IMG/VR virus record: IMGVR_UViG_3300006735_000020
Location: 1-64,000 of that record
Reading direction: 5' to 3' (one strand)
Origin: a virus
DNA: 64,000 nt
This document shows, one piece after another, positions 31,139-40,698 of this stretch. The translations under genes were made by a program, and so were the position numbers. Under the pieces are notes generated by a model. That model saw nothing but the letters and a program-made list of their open reading frames with translations. It was not told the DNA's origin and made no database searches. How positions within the stretch are numbered: the stretch's first letter is position 1; each line of letters starts with the position of its first letter.

Positions 31139-31474
31139 TTATTTATTCAGAAAATCATTCTTATTCCTCTGCTGTACTCCGGATTTTAATAGCTTACTTA
31201 CAACAACTTCAATTGAATCGGTTTTCAAACTAAAGTTATTGTTGAATATTTGATTACCGTCATTAAAGTTAAACAGATATTCTCCTTTAAATGGTGTATT
31301 TTCAAAACACGTAACATAGACAGAAGTTCCACCTGGATCAATTAAAACAGTCCACTTACGAGGATCAGTTTCACTATACTTATCAAATATTCGTAACGTT
31401 ACAAAATCGTTATCTTTTAATCTTTTAATAAAATAACCTGCGGTTTTAAGCTTGTTCTTCTTCTGTGTATCCAT
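31139..31474 (-). CDS. Hypothetical protein
   Basis: 111-aa ORF tightly packed in the replication block. Confidence 0.6.
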   Translation of the reverse strand: MDTQKKNKLKTAGYFIKRLKDNDFVTLRIFDKYSETDPRKWTVLIDPGGTSVYVTCFENTPFKGEYLFNFNDGNQIFNNNFSLKTDSIEVVVSKLLKSGVQQRNKNDFLNK

Positions 31475-31476
31475 TA

Positions 31477-32202
31477 TTATTGAGTTAAGGCTGATATAAT
31501 ATATTTTAATTTAATATCTTTATCTTCAATATCAAATACAACAACACCATATTCAGTATTTACTTTAACATTAAATTCTTCATTTATAATTGAAAGTAAT
31601 CTAATATTATCTAAGTTTACCGGTACAGGTTTTAACTCAATATTCGTCTTACCTAAGCTTAAGGTAAAATTATCGGTATTATGTCGTGCACGGTCAGTAA
31701 GCTCTGCCATTAAGTTATCACCTTCAGTATAAAAATATATTTTATTAGTCTCAGATGCAAAAGTACTGCCTTTAAATAACCGCTGCAGTGTATTTTTATT
31801 GAGCTTAAACTCAACATCAAATTTAAAGGAATTAATTTTTTCTAAATTAATATTAGGTCTAGTTATAAACCCTTCTTCAAATAAATGATACTTAAACTTA
31901 ACACTATCACCTTTATACTCGAGATTATTCGAATTAATATCTAAAGCTATATCAGTATCTTCTACGGTATCTAGAACATTACGCAGCTTTTTAACATCCG
32001 GAATATTTAGTGAGCTGTTAAAACCAATCTCTGTTTTATATTCAGAGCACAATATTAAAGTACTATCAATACTTGATACTAAACTAGTTATTTTATTTTC
32101 TTGTAAATCAAGAATAACACCACTATCATTTATTTTTGAAATAGCGTCTAATAACTTTAAAAATTCAGCTTTGTTTGCGACCTTTAATTGTCTTTTTTCC
32201 AT
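31477..32202 (-). CDS. gp45: Sliding clamp (gp45/PCNA-like)
   Basis: 241 aa, two-domain alpha/beta pattern typical of clamps; near gp32, rnh and primase. Confidence 0.65.
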   Translation of the reverse strand: MEKRQLKVANKAEFLKLLDAISKINDSGVILDLQENKITSLVSSIDSTLILCSEYKTEIGFNSSLNIPDVKKLRNVLDTVEDTDIALDINSNNLEYKGDSVKFKYHLFEEGFITRPNINLEKINSFKFDVEFKLNKNTLQRLFKGSTFASETNKIYFYTEGDNLMAELTDRARHNTDNFTLSLGKTNIELKPVPVNLDNIRLLSIINEEFNVKVNTEYGVVVFDIEDKDIKLKYIISALTQ

Positions 32203-32653
32203 TATCTAATTTTAAGCTAATTTCTTTTAATAGCAAATTTTGCTCTTTTAAGAGATCAAGCAACTTATCTGTGGTAGAAGGTTCGGATAAGTTAAACTCC
32301 ATTTGATCTGGATTCTCAACTGGTATGGTATTAGGAATTTGTACTGGTACTGGAGCTTGCTGTAATTCAGCTGCAGCTTGCTCAGGCGTAACTTGTTGCA
32401 CCTGTGGTGCTGGTTGCACCGGTTGGTCTGGTTGAGGTGCAGCTTGTGGTTGCTGCTGATATTGCGGGTGTTGTTGTACAGTAGGCATATGAGCAGTTTG
32501 TTCGAATACGGCTTTCATTTCTTGTGACTTAGGTTTTAAGTTAGTGGCACTTCCAACAATATTTTGATCTTGTTGGTGTAATTGACCGTATGTCTGGCCC
32601 ATAAACTGCATCACTACAGCCTTTTCTTCTGGTGTCATTCCTTGTGTACTCAT
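32165..32653 (-). CDS. Gln/Pro-rich hypothetical protein
   Basis: 162 aa with low-complexity QP core. Confidence 0.6.
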   Translation of the reverse strand: MSTQGMTPEEKAVVMQFMGQTYGQLHQQDQNIVGSATNLKPKSQEMKAVFEQTAHMPTVQQHPQYQQQPQAAPQPDQPVQPAPQVQQVTPEQAAAELQQAPVPVQIPNTIPVENPDQMEFNLSEPSTTDKLLDLLKEQNLLLKEISLKLDNGKKTIKGRKQS

Positions 32654-32654
32654 A

Positions 32655-33488
32655 TTAAAGATCCTTTAACAAATCATCAATATCCTCTTCTACACTATCA
32701 TTAGTAGCAGCTACCGGTTCCGGTTCTGCTGGTGTAGTATTAGTAGGTTCAGGGGCTGAAGTAGCAGGTACTTCTTCTTCTGTCTTACAATAATAATGCT
32801 CGTTAAGCATCTCTTTAAGTTCATCGTAAGACTTTTGAGTAAACACTTCAGTAAGATCAAATGCACTCTCGTAGATTTCTTTCTGCTTATCATCCGATAC
32901 ATCAATCTTACCTGCAGTAGTAAATCTTGATGATACATACGTCGGAAAGTCGCCTTGTTGCTCAACTTTAATCTTAAAGTTTACACCTTCACTACCTAGA
33001 TCAAAGATACGAGGACCAAACTCTTCAGCATCTTCACCTTCAATAGCTTCAGTAATAATTTTTTGAAGCTGCTTACCGTATCGAAGAATTTTTACTTTAC
33101 CGTTATTATCCGGATTAGCAGGATCATCGATAACATATACGTTAACAAGCCACTTTTCCAAACGACGAATAGCTTGCATCTTTTCTTTCTCTTCTTCACT
33201 ACCTGTTCTAAGAACCTTAAACCTCTCCTCAGCAATCGGATCTCTTTCACCGAAGGTTTGAGGGCTAAGCGTTTGAACATATTGTCCGGTTGCGAAAGAA
33301 TTCCATCCATGATTGTAATAATGGAAAAAAGTCTTACTAGGATCTTTTGCATAAGGCAAAAGTCTTACCGTATAAGTATTACCTACTTTAGTAGGCATAA
33401 TCTCGTTAAATGTAGCTGAACCCTTACTATCGGAGCTAGCTAACGCGTCTTTGATTGATTGAAACATTGAAGTATTAAAAGTACTCAT
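32655..33488 (-). CDS. gp32: Single-stranded DNA-binding protein
   Basis: VRLLP, NVYVIDDPANPDNNGKVKILRYGKQL, FKIKV, acidic tail DIDDLLKDL. Confidence 0.9.
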   Translation of the reverse strand: MSTFNTSMFQSIKDALASSDSKGSATFNEIMPTKVGNTYTVRLLPYAKDPSKTFFHYYNHGWNSFATGQYVQTLSPQTFGERDPIAEERFKVLRTGSEEEKEKMQAIRRLEKWLVNVYVIDDPANPDNNGKVKILRYGKQLQKIITEAIEGEDAEEFGPRIFDLGSEGVNFKIKVEQQGDFPTYVSSRFTTAGKIDVSDDKQKEIYESAFDLTEVFTQKSYDELKEMLNEHYYCKTEEEVPATSAPEPTNTTPAEPEPVAATNDSVEEDIDDLLKDL

Positions 33489-33494
33489 GCAATA

Positions 33495-33522
33495 ATTATA
33501 AGATCTAAAGAAAAGATATCAA
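33495..33522 (-). promoter_or_regulatory. Sigma70-like promoter TTGATA-N16-TATAAT (representative of about 10 copies)
   Basis: Hexamers at 33517-33522 and 33495-33500, 6 nt before the gp32 ATG. Confidence 0.7.
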
Positions 33523-33529
33523 CAGCTTT

Positions 33530-33829
33530 TTACAACTGTATATTCGAATTTGAATTAAGGAACTTAGTAATGTATTTAGACTTTGTTATTGCGGGTTCGA
33601 AGTCTATAAACAATTTTACTATATCGTAGTTTGTTTCAATTGTTAAAAGTTCCTTTAAAATGTTTCTCAATCTTTCCTCTTGTAATACTAGTATAAAGAT
33701 ATTTTGTAGAGATAGTTTTTTACCTTTTAGCATTGAGCAAAACGTACAAAAGCAAAGAAGGAGATGCTCTGTCTCGTCTTTAATTAACGTTTTTGAGGGA
33801 TTTGGGGATATATTTGATGTTGTTAGCAC
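33530..33829 (-). CDS. Hypothetical protein
   Basis: 99-aa ORF overlapping the DHH gene end. Confidence 0.55.
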   Translation of the reverse strand: MLTTSNISPNPSKTLIKDETEHLLLCFCTFCSMLKGKKLSLQNIFILVLQEERLRNILKELLTIETNYDIVKLFIDFEPAITKSKYITKFLNSNSNIQL

Positions 33830-34698
33830 GGTACAAATGTTTTGGTTAAGTTTGCAAATTGTTCAGTTAATTTACCACCCGCTGATGATGCATGTCCTCC
33901 ACCCTCACATATTTTTTTAGCTAATATACTTACATCAACGTCACTTTCTTTCGAGCGTCTAAATGAAACTGTTTTAGCTTGAGTATTAACTATTATGCTG
34001 ATATCTGTACTATATTTTTTAATTAAAAAATGCGCTAGCTCATTAATTGCATAATTTGCAAAAGTAGCTACTACACTATAGTCTTTTATCATCCCTGTAA
34101 ATACTTGCCCACTATCTATCTGGTCTTTAAATTTTTTAAAATATAACTTTATAGCATTCTTTTCATGAATTGTAAATTCTCTATAACCATCTATAAACGC
34201 TTCTATAAATTTTTCAGTTTTAGGGGAATTTAAATTATAATAGACAGCATTTAGTTTTAATGATTCTTTATGTGTTGTGTTATACCAGTCGTAAGTACTA
34301 ATATATTCTAACAGTAGCTTTTGTTTATCGGTTAAATGCTGTAAGTGTTTATTAAATTTATCTAACATTAAGTTAACGCAGGAATAATAACTATCATCTA
34401 TTATAATTTTTGCTTCTTTATAAAGATGTTTATGCTTAATGTGACCTCTATGTGTATCAATAACAACAACATTATGGTGATCAGCTAACTTAATTTGTTC
34501 TGGCGTTAAGTCTAAGTCAACAACAAAGACTTTATCATAATGATCTAATGATTGTTCTGCTCCTTTAAATTTACCGGTAAAAGTATACTCAGAAACGTCA
34601 TTAATGCTAAATGTTTTAGCATCTTTATATAACCACTTTAATACAAGAGTAGCACCTGCTCCATGTAAGTCGGTATCTGTCCATACTTGTATATTCAC
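33823..34698 (-). CDS. DHH/DHHA1-family phosphoesterase
   Basis: DTDLHG, VVDLD, IDTH (DHH variant), SFRR, GGGHASSAGG. Confidence 0.8.
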   Translation of the reverse strand: MNIQVWTDTDLHGAGATLVLKWLYKDAKTFSINDVSEYTFTGKFKGAEQSLDHYDKVFVVDLDLTPEQIKLADHHNVVVIDTHRGHIKHKHLYKEAKIIIDDSYYSCVNLMLDKFNKHLQHLTDKQKLLLEYISTYDWYNTTHKESLKLNAVYYNLNSPKTEKFIEAFIDGYREFTIHEKNAIKLYFKKFKDQIDSGQVFTGMIKDYSVVATFANYAINELAHFLIKKYSTDISIIVNTQAKTVSFRRSKESDVDVSILAKKICEGGGHASSAGGKLTEQFANLTKTFVPC

Positions 34699-34721
34699 TT
34701 CTAGTATTTACTAAAAGTTCC

Positions 34722-36029
34722 TTATTGTGCAAGCCCAGCTAACACGTTAAGGGTATCATCCATTTCCTCACCTACCTCCACATCATCAGCTTGCTCAATT
34801 GTTAATGTAGAATAATCAATTCTCATAGCCTGAGTATTACCTCTTGGACCGTATCGATTTTTCATCATACCTAAACGTATAACCCCTATACCTCTATCTT
34901 CTTCATTCTGAAAGATAGAAATAATAGCATCAGCAGTAGCAGCAAGACCAATAGATTCAGAAATAGTCGCTAAGTCAGGGTTATCTGTATCGAACCCTGC
35001 TCTATTCAATTGAGTAGCTGAAATAATAGGACAATTAAACAAGTAGCTCATAGCACGTACTTGCTCAGTTACATGCTTGATACGTTCATATGAATTATTA
35101 CCCACAGTAGAGTGCATTAGGTTAAGGTAGTCTAATACAATAGCATCTAACTTAATACCTTGCTCTTCAAACTTTTTAACAAACGCTTTAAGTTGATTTG
35201 CGGTAATAGTTGCAGGCGGAAACTCCTTAATAAAAATTTTACCACCGTGCTGATTCATCCCATGTTTAATACTTGCAGAGTTTTGAGCTAGCTCCTTCAT
35301 TGGAATCTTAGTAACATTACTACAAATACGTCTAGCATACAATAGCTCAGACATTTCTAAAGTAACCAATAGAACGTTTTTACCTTCTTCAGCTATATTA
35401 CTAGCAATATTACCAAGAAAGATAGATTTACCAATATTAGTTTCACCAGCAAAGACATACAAGGCTTTACCTGCTTCTAAAAAGCCACCACCCAAGCAAT
35501 TGTCTAACCATTCCCATTTACTAGGAACATATCTTTCAACAGAGTTAAGATCATCAATAAGCTTATCAACATCGCCGTAAAAGTCTAAACCAAGATCAGT
35601 TACAAGATTAATATTACAAGACTTTTCAAACTTATCTAGTACTACGGATGTATCTACTTTACCACTCGATACATCTTCTGCAACATTAAGCATTGTATGA
35701 TAGACAGCCTTTTCTTTAAGGAACTGCTCGGTATTATCATACAACTCGTCTTTATCTAAAGTATTATCAATATCAGAAAACGACTTAACAAGTTCCTTAA
35801 ATGACTCTTTTTGCTCGTCAGAAACAAGATAAGATTTTATTTCAGTAGCAGTAGGAAGTTTATTCCTCTTTTCAGAAAAGTCTTTGATAATATCAAAGAT
35901 ACTAGCAATCGATTTATTTTTAAAGTATTCAGGCTTTACAAAATCAGCAATAGAAGCCAGGTAACCACTATCAGTAAGAGACTTATAAATAAGAATATTT
36001 TCGAAATAATCTAAGTCTAATTTACTCAC
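34722..36029 (-). CDS. gp41: Replicative DnaB-like helicase
   Basis: GETNIGKS, LEMSE, LDYLNL, SATQLNR, MKNRYG. Confidence 0.93.
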   Translation of the reverse strand: MSKLDLDYFENILIYKSLTDSGYLASIADFVKPEYFKNKSIASIFDIIKDFSEKRNKLPTATEIKSYLVSDEQKESFKELVKSFSDIDNTLDKDELYDNTEQFLKEKAVYHTMLNVAEDVSSGKVDTSVVLDKFEKSCNINLVTDLGLDFYGDVDKLIDDLNSVERYVPSKWEWLDNCLGGGFLEAGKALYVFAGETNIGKSIFLGNIASNIAEEGKNVLLVTLEMSELLYARRICSNVTKIPMKELAQNSASIKHGMNQHGGKIFIKEFPPATITANQLKAFVKKFEEQGIKLDAIVLDYLNLMHSTVGNNSYERIKHVTEQVRAMSYLFNCPIISATQLNRAGFDTDNPDLATISESIGLAATADAIISIFQNEEDRGIGVIRLGMMKNRYGPRGNTQAMRIDYSTLTIEQADDVEVGEEMDDTLNVLAGLAQ

Positions 36030-36048
36030 AATTTAATGGTATAATAGT

Positions 36049-36708
36049 TTATTGAGTTTTCCACTTCTCGAGAAACCAGTCTTCACCTTTTTGAAACTCT
36101 TCAGTAAACTCTGTAAGACCGGGGGATTTATGCGTTACGATAAAATCACCAACACCGACTCTAAATCCAGCTTTATGACATTGCATAGAATAATCTAAAT
36201 CATAAAAATGCCACTTAGATGGACACGTTTCATCAAAACGTATTTTTTCAAATACCTTTCTTTTTATAACTAAAAAGACTCCGTCAATAAGAATAGCTCT
36301 ATTAGGATAAAATCCAAAACCGCCCATGTGTTTTTGGCCTTCTGTACCATGAGCAACTGCACCTAATAAATTTCCACCTTCGAATCCTCCTCCGAGTAAA
36401 TGCCATAACACTGGTTTTTTAAGAGTTACTTTATTACAGCCAGCTACACCTACTATATCAAATTTTTCAAAGTTTCTCTCTATTCTTTTTTCTGAAAAAG
36501 CTTCTAAGATTACATCATCGTGAACTAAGACTAAATTTTCAACTCTCTCCTTGATTGCAAAATCGATTGCTTTGTTATATGTTTTTTGTAACGATTCTTT
36601 ATTATACTCTTTCATGAAGATATCAATTCCTTCATCTTTACAAGTATTATAAAGCATTGAATCTTCCTTCTTACCTGCTGTTGCAGAAAATATAAATGTT
36701 TTACTCAT
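36049..36708 (-). CDS. Glycosyltransferase, GT2-like
   Basis: YNKAI, VLVHDDV, VGVAG, IDGVFL, WHFYDLD, HKSPG. Confidence 0.8.
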   Translation of the reverse strand: MSKTFIFSATAGKKEDSMLYNTCKDEGIDIFMKEYNKESLQKTYNKAIDFAIKERVENLVLVHDDVILEAFSEKRIERNFEKFDIVGVAGCNKVTLKKPVLWHLLGGGFEGGNLLGAVAHGTEGQKHMGGFGFYPNRAILIDGVFLVIKRKVFEKIRFDETCPSKWHFYDLDYSMQCHKAGFRVGVGDFIVTHKSPGLTEFTEEFQKGEDWFLEKWKTQ

Positions 36709-37367
36709 ACAAATGCAAATGGGGATTTAACTTCAAAAGTACCGGCTTTATTCCAACGTTTTGTTTTTTTATTTAATTTCATTATAACACCTTCCGGTAA
36801 AACTTTATAACCAGCACCAGGCATTGTAGTATAGTTACCTCTATTATTGTAATGTAATATAGATCCTACCCTAGCAATAAACACTTCATTCGTTTCACAA
36901 TTAACAATACTCAAAGCAAATGAACCCTCGAGCATTGATAATACTTGCTTTATAGTATTAATAGATGTTTTATTAACTTGAGAGTGTTTCTCAAGCAACT
37001 CAACTATAACAGCTGTATCGACAGGATTTTCTAGAAACTCTACATGATTTTTTCTTAGCTTCTTTTCATTTGTCAAAACACCATTATGACTCACTAACCA
37101 ATTCATAGTCTCAAACGGATGAGATGTATTATAGTTCCAAGTTCTTTTAACTGAAGTTGGAGCTTGTACATGACCTAAAAGATATTCTATGTCTTTTTTA
37201 CCAGCGTAGTTAAATTTATCAAAATCTATATCACCTTCATATTTAGCAATAAATTGATCATCATCTGATAGACATACAACACTGCTAGCAAAAGTACCAC
37301 GATCCTTATTTGCGTCATATAAGACTTCTAACATATTCCTATCGAATGATCCAAAAATTGCACACAT
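36705..37367 (-). CDS. Class II (Ntn) glutamine amidotransferase
   Basis: N-terminal MCAIFG (catalytic Cys2), RG, GHVQAPT, HPF, HNGVLTN, VDT. Confidence 0.85.
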   Translation of the reverse strand: MCAIFGSFDRNMLEVLYDANKDRGTFASSVVCLSDDDQFIAKYEGDIDFDKFNYAGKKDIEYLLGHVQAPTSVKRTWNYNTSHPFETMNWLVSHNGVLTNEKKLRKNHVEFLENPVDTAVIVELLEKHSQVNKTSINTIKQVLSMLEGSFALSIVNCETNEVFIARVGSILHYNNRGNYTTMPGAGYKVLPEGVIMKLNKKTKRWNKAGTFEVKSPFAFV

Positions 37368-37396
37368 AATTTATGTTAATATATTCTATGCAATAA

Positions 37397-37849
37397 TCAA
37401 TCTTCCCAATCGAACTTAAATCCTGGCTCCCACATATGTGAATTATCAACATATTTACTCATAGTACCTTCAGGTCCCTCAGCTCTAACTCTTTCGCAAA
37501 TTTTTCTCATTCGTAATGAATGCGCACTTGGTTCAGCGATAGATTGTCTATGCTCCTTAGGTATCCTCCAAAACAAATCAATATTACCATATCTCTTGTC
37601 TTTGGCTAGACTATAATCCGGGTAATCGACACCATCAATAGTAAACCATTTTTTCTTTTTCTTTTTAGTTTTTTCGATTCCTAGATTCTTAAGTGTCTTT
37701 CTACCTAGACCCTTTACCTTAAACAGATCGTCATTGTTTCTAAAAGGCCTAAAGCCTAAAACACGTTTAGCTGTGGTCCTCCCTACACCAGGTAGTTTAC
37801 ACAGTTCTTTTTCAGTCATTTTATTAAAATCCTTATAATTTAGCTTCAT
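37397..37849 (-). CDS. Helix-hairpin-helix DNA-binding protein
   Basis: LPGVGRTTA and VKGLGRKT HhH motifs. Confidence 0.75.
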   Translation of the reverse strand: MKLNYKDFNKMTEKELCKLPGVGRTTAKRVLGFRPFRNNDDLFKVKGLGRKTLKNLGIEKTKKKKKKWFTIDGVDYPDYSLAKDKRYGNIDLFWRIPKEHRQSIAEPSAHSLRMRKICERVRAEGPEGTMSKYVDNSHMWEPGFKFDWED

Positions 37850-37852
37850 GGG

Positions 37853-37860
37853 TATAAATA
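37853..37860 (+). promoter_or_regulatory. T4-type late promoter TATAAATA (representative of over 20 TAAATA sites)
   Basis: Exact T4 late consensus 6 nt before ATG 37867; gp55 is encoded in the window. Confidence 0.8.
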
Positions 37861-37866
37861 TATTAT

Positions 37867-39252
37867 ATGAGTTCCTTCGATTTTACCGATAATTTTAGCG
37901 GCTTTAATGATTTATTCAACAGGGCAGAGTTCCTTACGGAAGCTAAAAAGTCACCTTACGCTAAATACCACCCTTCTTTTGGTGGTGTTACTAAAGATCT
38001 AAGATCTGCTGGGTTCAGTTCTGCTCCGTTGGATACAATTAACTTTATTAGAACAGCACTGTATAACTTAGAGCTTATAAGCGATGACGAGTTAGCTGCT
38101 GCTAAGAGAGGAGCTGGGTTTGCTGCCAAAAAGCAAAATCTTCTAGCTTTATTGGATGCAAAAGAGGATGTTATCGAACAAAATAAAGACGCAATTGCTA
38201 AAGAAGTTGAAGATAATCTCGCTCGTTATATTAACAGAGCAACAACTGATAGAGGTAGAGAAGAAAAATATGCAGCACAAAAAGCTGCTTTGGAATTAGC
38301 TAAAGACATTAAAGCAGGTGAAGATATGGGTGATGCTGTTGAAGGCGCTGTAGGTCAAATGGATGCTGCAGAATCTGAGTTAGCTCAAAGTTTGGAAATG
38401 TCAAAAAAAGATCCAACAACATTTATTGAGATTAAAATTAGAGATGCTGAGCGTGTTGAAGATGTTGGTAATATTGTCTCTAAGTATGCTAATGAAGATG
38501 GGTTAGATATTAGTGGTAATACAGTTCAGTTTTCAGTTGACCCAGATACTCCATTAGCTAATGCTGTTACAGCACACGGTATTGATAAAATTGAAGCAGC
38601 GTTAAAGAGAGACGTTGATAAGATTAGTGATAGTGTAGTTGTTGTTATGTCACCAGATGAAGATTACGAGGAGATGGGATATGGTTTTGATAGTCCGGAA
38701 GAGCCTGATGAGTATTCAATGGGTGAAGAAGGTGGTGGAATTACTGAAGTAGAAGATGCAGAAGATCTTAGCGCTAAGAAAGCTAGAGCAGGAAAAGATA
38801 TCGGTAAACCAGGAAAGAATTTCTCTAAAATAGCAAAAAGCGCTGGTAAAAAGTATGGCTCAAAAGCAGCTGGAGAAAGAGTAGCTGGTGCTGTATTAGC
38901 TAAGATGAGAGGTAATTACGAGGGTGCCGAGGACCTTGATCACTTCTTAACTAAAGAGCAGCCAGAGGATTATGTTCCATCAACTGATTATGAAGACGTG
39001 TTAGATGATCTTGTTAACAAGGATAAAGAAAAGCATGCTATGAAGAAGCTTAGCAATGAAGATGAAGAAGATGCTATAGTAATGCAACCAATGCTTGAGT
39101 CACATAAGACAGATACATCTGCATATCTTACAGAGCAATCAGCTTCAGATAAACGTAATAAGAAAACGGAGATTGAACCTCAATCCTTTAAGGAAAAATA
39201 CAAGCCAAAAACATCTTGGCAGTTAGAAGAGCTTAGACGCTACGGTCTCTAA
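37867..39252 (+). CDS. Acidic late protein with embedded basic module, probable head-internal protein
   Basis: Late promoter; FLTE|AKK leader; internal EDAE/EGAE/EDEE sites. Confidence 0.6.
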   Translation: MSSFDFTDNFSGFNDLFNRAEFLTEAKKSPYAKYHPSFGGVTKDLRSAGFSSAPLDTINFIRTALYNLELISDDELAAAKRGAGFAAKKQNLLALLDAKEDVIEQNKDAIAKEVEDNLARYINRATTDRGREEKYAAQKAALELAKDIKAGEDMGDAVEGAVGQMDAAESELAQSLEMSKKDPTTFIEIKIRDAERVEDVGNIVSKYANEDGLDISGNTVQFSVDPDTPLANAVTAHGIDKIEAALKRDVDKISDSVVVVMSPDEDYEEMGYGFDSPEEPDEYSMGEEGGGITEVEDAEDLSAKKARAGKDIGKPGKNFSKIAKSAGKKYGSKAAGERVAGAVLAKMRGNYEGAEDLDHFLTKEQPEDYVPSTDYEDVLDDLVNKDKEKHAMKKLSNEDEEDAIVMQPMLESHKTDTSAYLTEQSASDKRNKKTEIEPQSFKEKYKPKTSWQLEELRRYGL

Positions 39253-40007
39253 GCACACTCTTTGCAATTATTTTCTTCGTACAGTTTATCCAACTTTTCT
39301 TGTTGGACATAGGCGATAGGATCTTTTAAACCGGCATCCACAAACCCTTTTACTCTCATACTACTAGACGGCGTAGTAGCATCTGCTAGTTTATCTTTTC
39401 TATCTGAATAACAAGTCCAAGTATCTTTATACTTAACACCAAGTCTAGCCCCCTCTTTAATAATTTCAGCTTTAGACATTTCAAGCAACGGAGCTTCAAT
39501 TACAACTCTATTTTCTCTATTAAGATCTGTAACGTTATTAACCACATCTACAAACTCTTCACTACCATCCCAGTACCCAGCTAAGGAATCTACCTGAGCC
39601 GCACCATACCAAACAGTATCAGCACCAACACTTTCAGCATACGAAGAGCAGATAGATAAAAACATTAAGTTTCGAAACGGTACATATGATACAGGTTGTG
39701 CATCACCAGCCATTTCACTAATATTGGGATTATCAATATCTTCATTAGTTAAAGATGAAGTAGGAGCAATATCTCTAATGTATTTTACATCTAAGACCTT
39801 ATTAGTTACCTCTAAATTAAACCAACCGGAAAACTGCTCGTTAAAATTATTAATTTGTTTATTAACACACGTTAATTCACGTTTATGTCGCTGACCATAA
39901 TCAAAAGTTAGAGTATGTATTTCTTCATAACCTCTATCTTGTGCCATATACAACAGCACAGACGAGTCCATTCCACCGCTAAGAGTTAATACTAGTTTAC
40001 GTTTCAT
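39249..40007 (-). CDS. queC: 7-cyano-7-deazaguanine synthase QueC-like (atypical)
   Basis: SGGMDS PP-loop, FDYGQRH, YVPFRN, TWTCY. Confidence 0.88.
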   Translation of the reverse strand: MKRKLVLTLSGGMDSSVLLYMAQDRGYEEIHTLTFDYGQRHKRELTCVNKQINNFNEQFSGWFNLEVTNKVLDVKYIRDIAPTSSLTNEDIDNPNISEMAGDAQPVSYVPFRNLMFLSICSSYAESVGADTVWYGAAQVDSLAGYWDGSEEFVDVVNNVTDLNRENRVVIEAPLLEMSKAEIIKEGARLGVKYKDTWTCYSDRKDKLADATTPSSSMRVKGFVDAGLKDPIAYVQQEKLDKLYEENNCKECA

Positions 40008-40698
40008 TAATTATAAAAGCTTTACAGAAGGTACCGTATCTTAAAAATTCTTCTGTTTTAATATTTTTATTTTCTTCCAAAAATTCTTTAAATGCTAATC
40101 GTTCACCTTTATTCCTATCACCTTTAAAGTGAAACCAATCATCAAATAAAATTATACTACCTGGAACTAGTTTATCTCTAATTAAATTTAGTACAGTCTT
40201 TGTGCTAGTATATAAATCACAATCTATATGTACAATAGCAATTTTCGAAATATCATTAATTTCTAGATCTTCAAAATAGCCTGGTCTAATAATAGGTGTT
40301 TGTAAATTATAATGTGAAAAGAAGTTAACTACCTTCTCAGGCGTCACATCTTCACCATAACCAATTAAAGGGTGAAAAGAATGATTAACTTTAAAGACGC
40401 CTTTTTCCCATCTTGGATGCCCTTCTGAATCTTGTAACCCTTCAAAACTATCAAACCCATAAATTTTTCTATTTATGCTACTTTTTCTATTATGTTGATT
40501 TTCGTCTTGAAAGTATTGTTGATGAGAGTATGCTAGACTAGCTAAGCTCCTTCCCGTGTAACATCCAAACTCACATATATCACCTGGTACGAGTTCGTAG
40601 TTAATAAACCTCACAGCTTTTTTAAAAGCTTCATGACGAATATCACTTAATATCTGTTCGCGAAATTTATGACCAATTTTCATTATGTTATTTATCAC
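39997..40698 (-). CDS. TylF/MycF-family O-methyltransferase
   Basis: GDICEFGCYTGRS, FDSFEGL, HIDCDLY, LFDDW. Confidence 0.85.
   Translation of the reverse strand: MINNIMKIGHKFREQILSDIRHEAFKKAVRFINYELVPGDICEFGCYTGRSLASLAYSHQQYFQDENQHNRKSSINRKIYGFDSFEGLQDSEGHPRWEKGVFKVNHSFHPLIGYGEDVTPEKVVNFFSHYNLQTPIIRPGYFEDLEINDISKIAIVHIDCDLYTSTKTVLNLIRDKLVPGSIILFDDWFHFKGDRNKGERLAFKEFLEENKNIKTEEFLRYGTFCKAFIINET

Noticed and set aside
37397-37849. ComEA competence protein
   Set aside because: Only the generic HhH motifs match; no membrane anchor or competence context
36705-40007. Qat or type IV CBASS defence system based on QueC
   Set aside because: No TatD, KAP ATPase, cyclase or TGT partner recognised nearby; folE2 and queD favour a biosynthetic context
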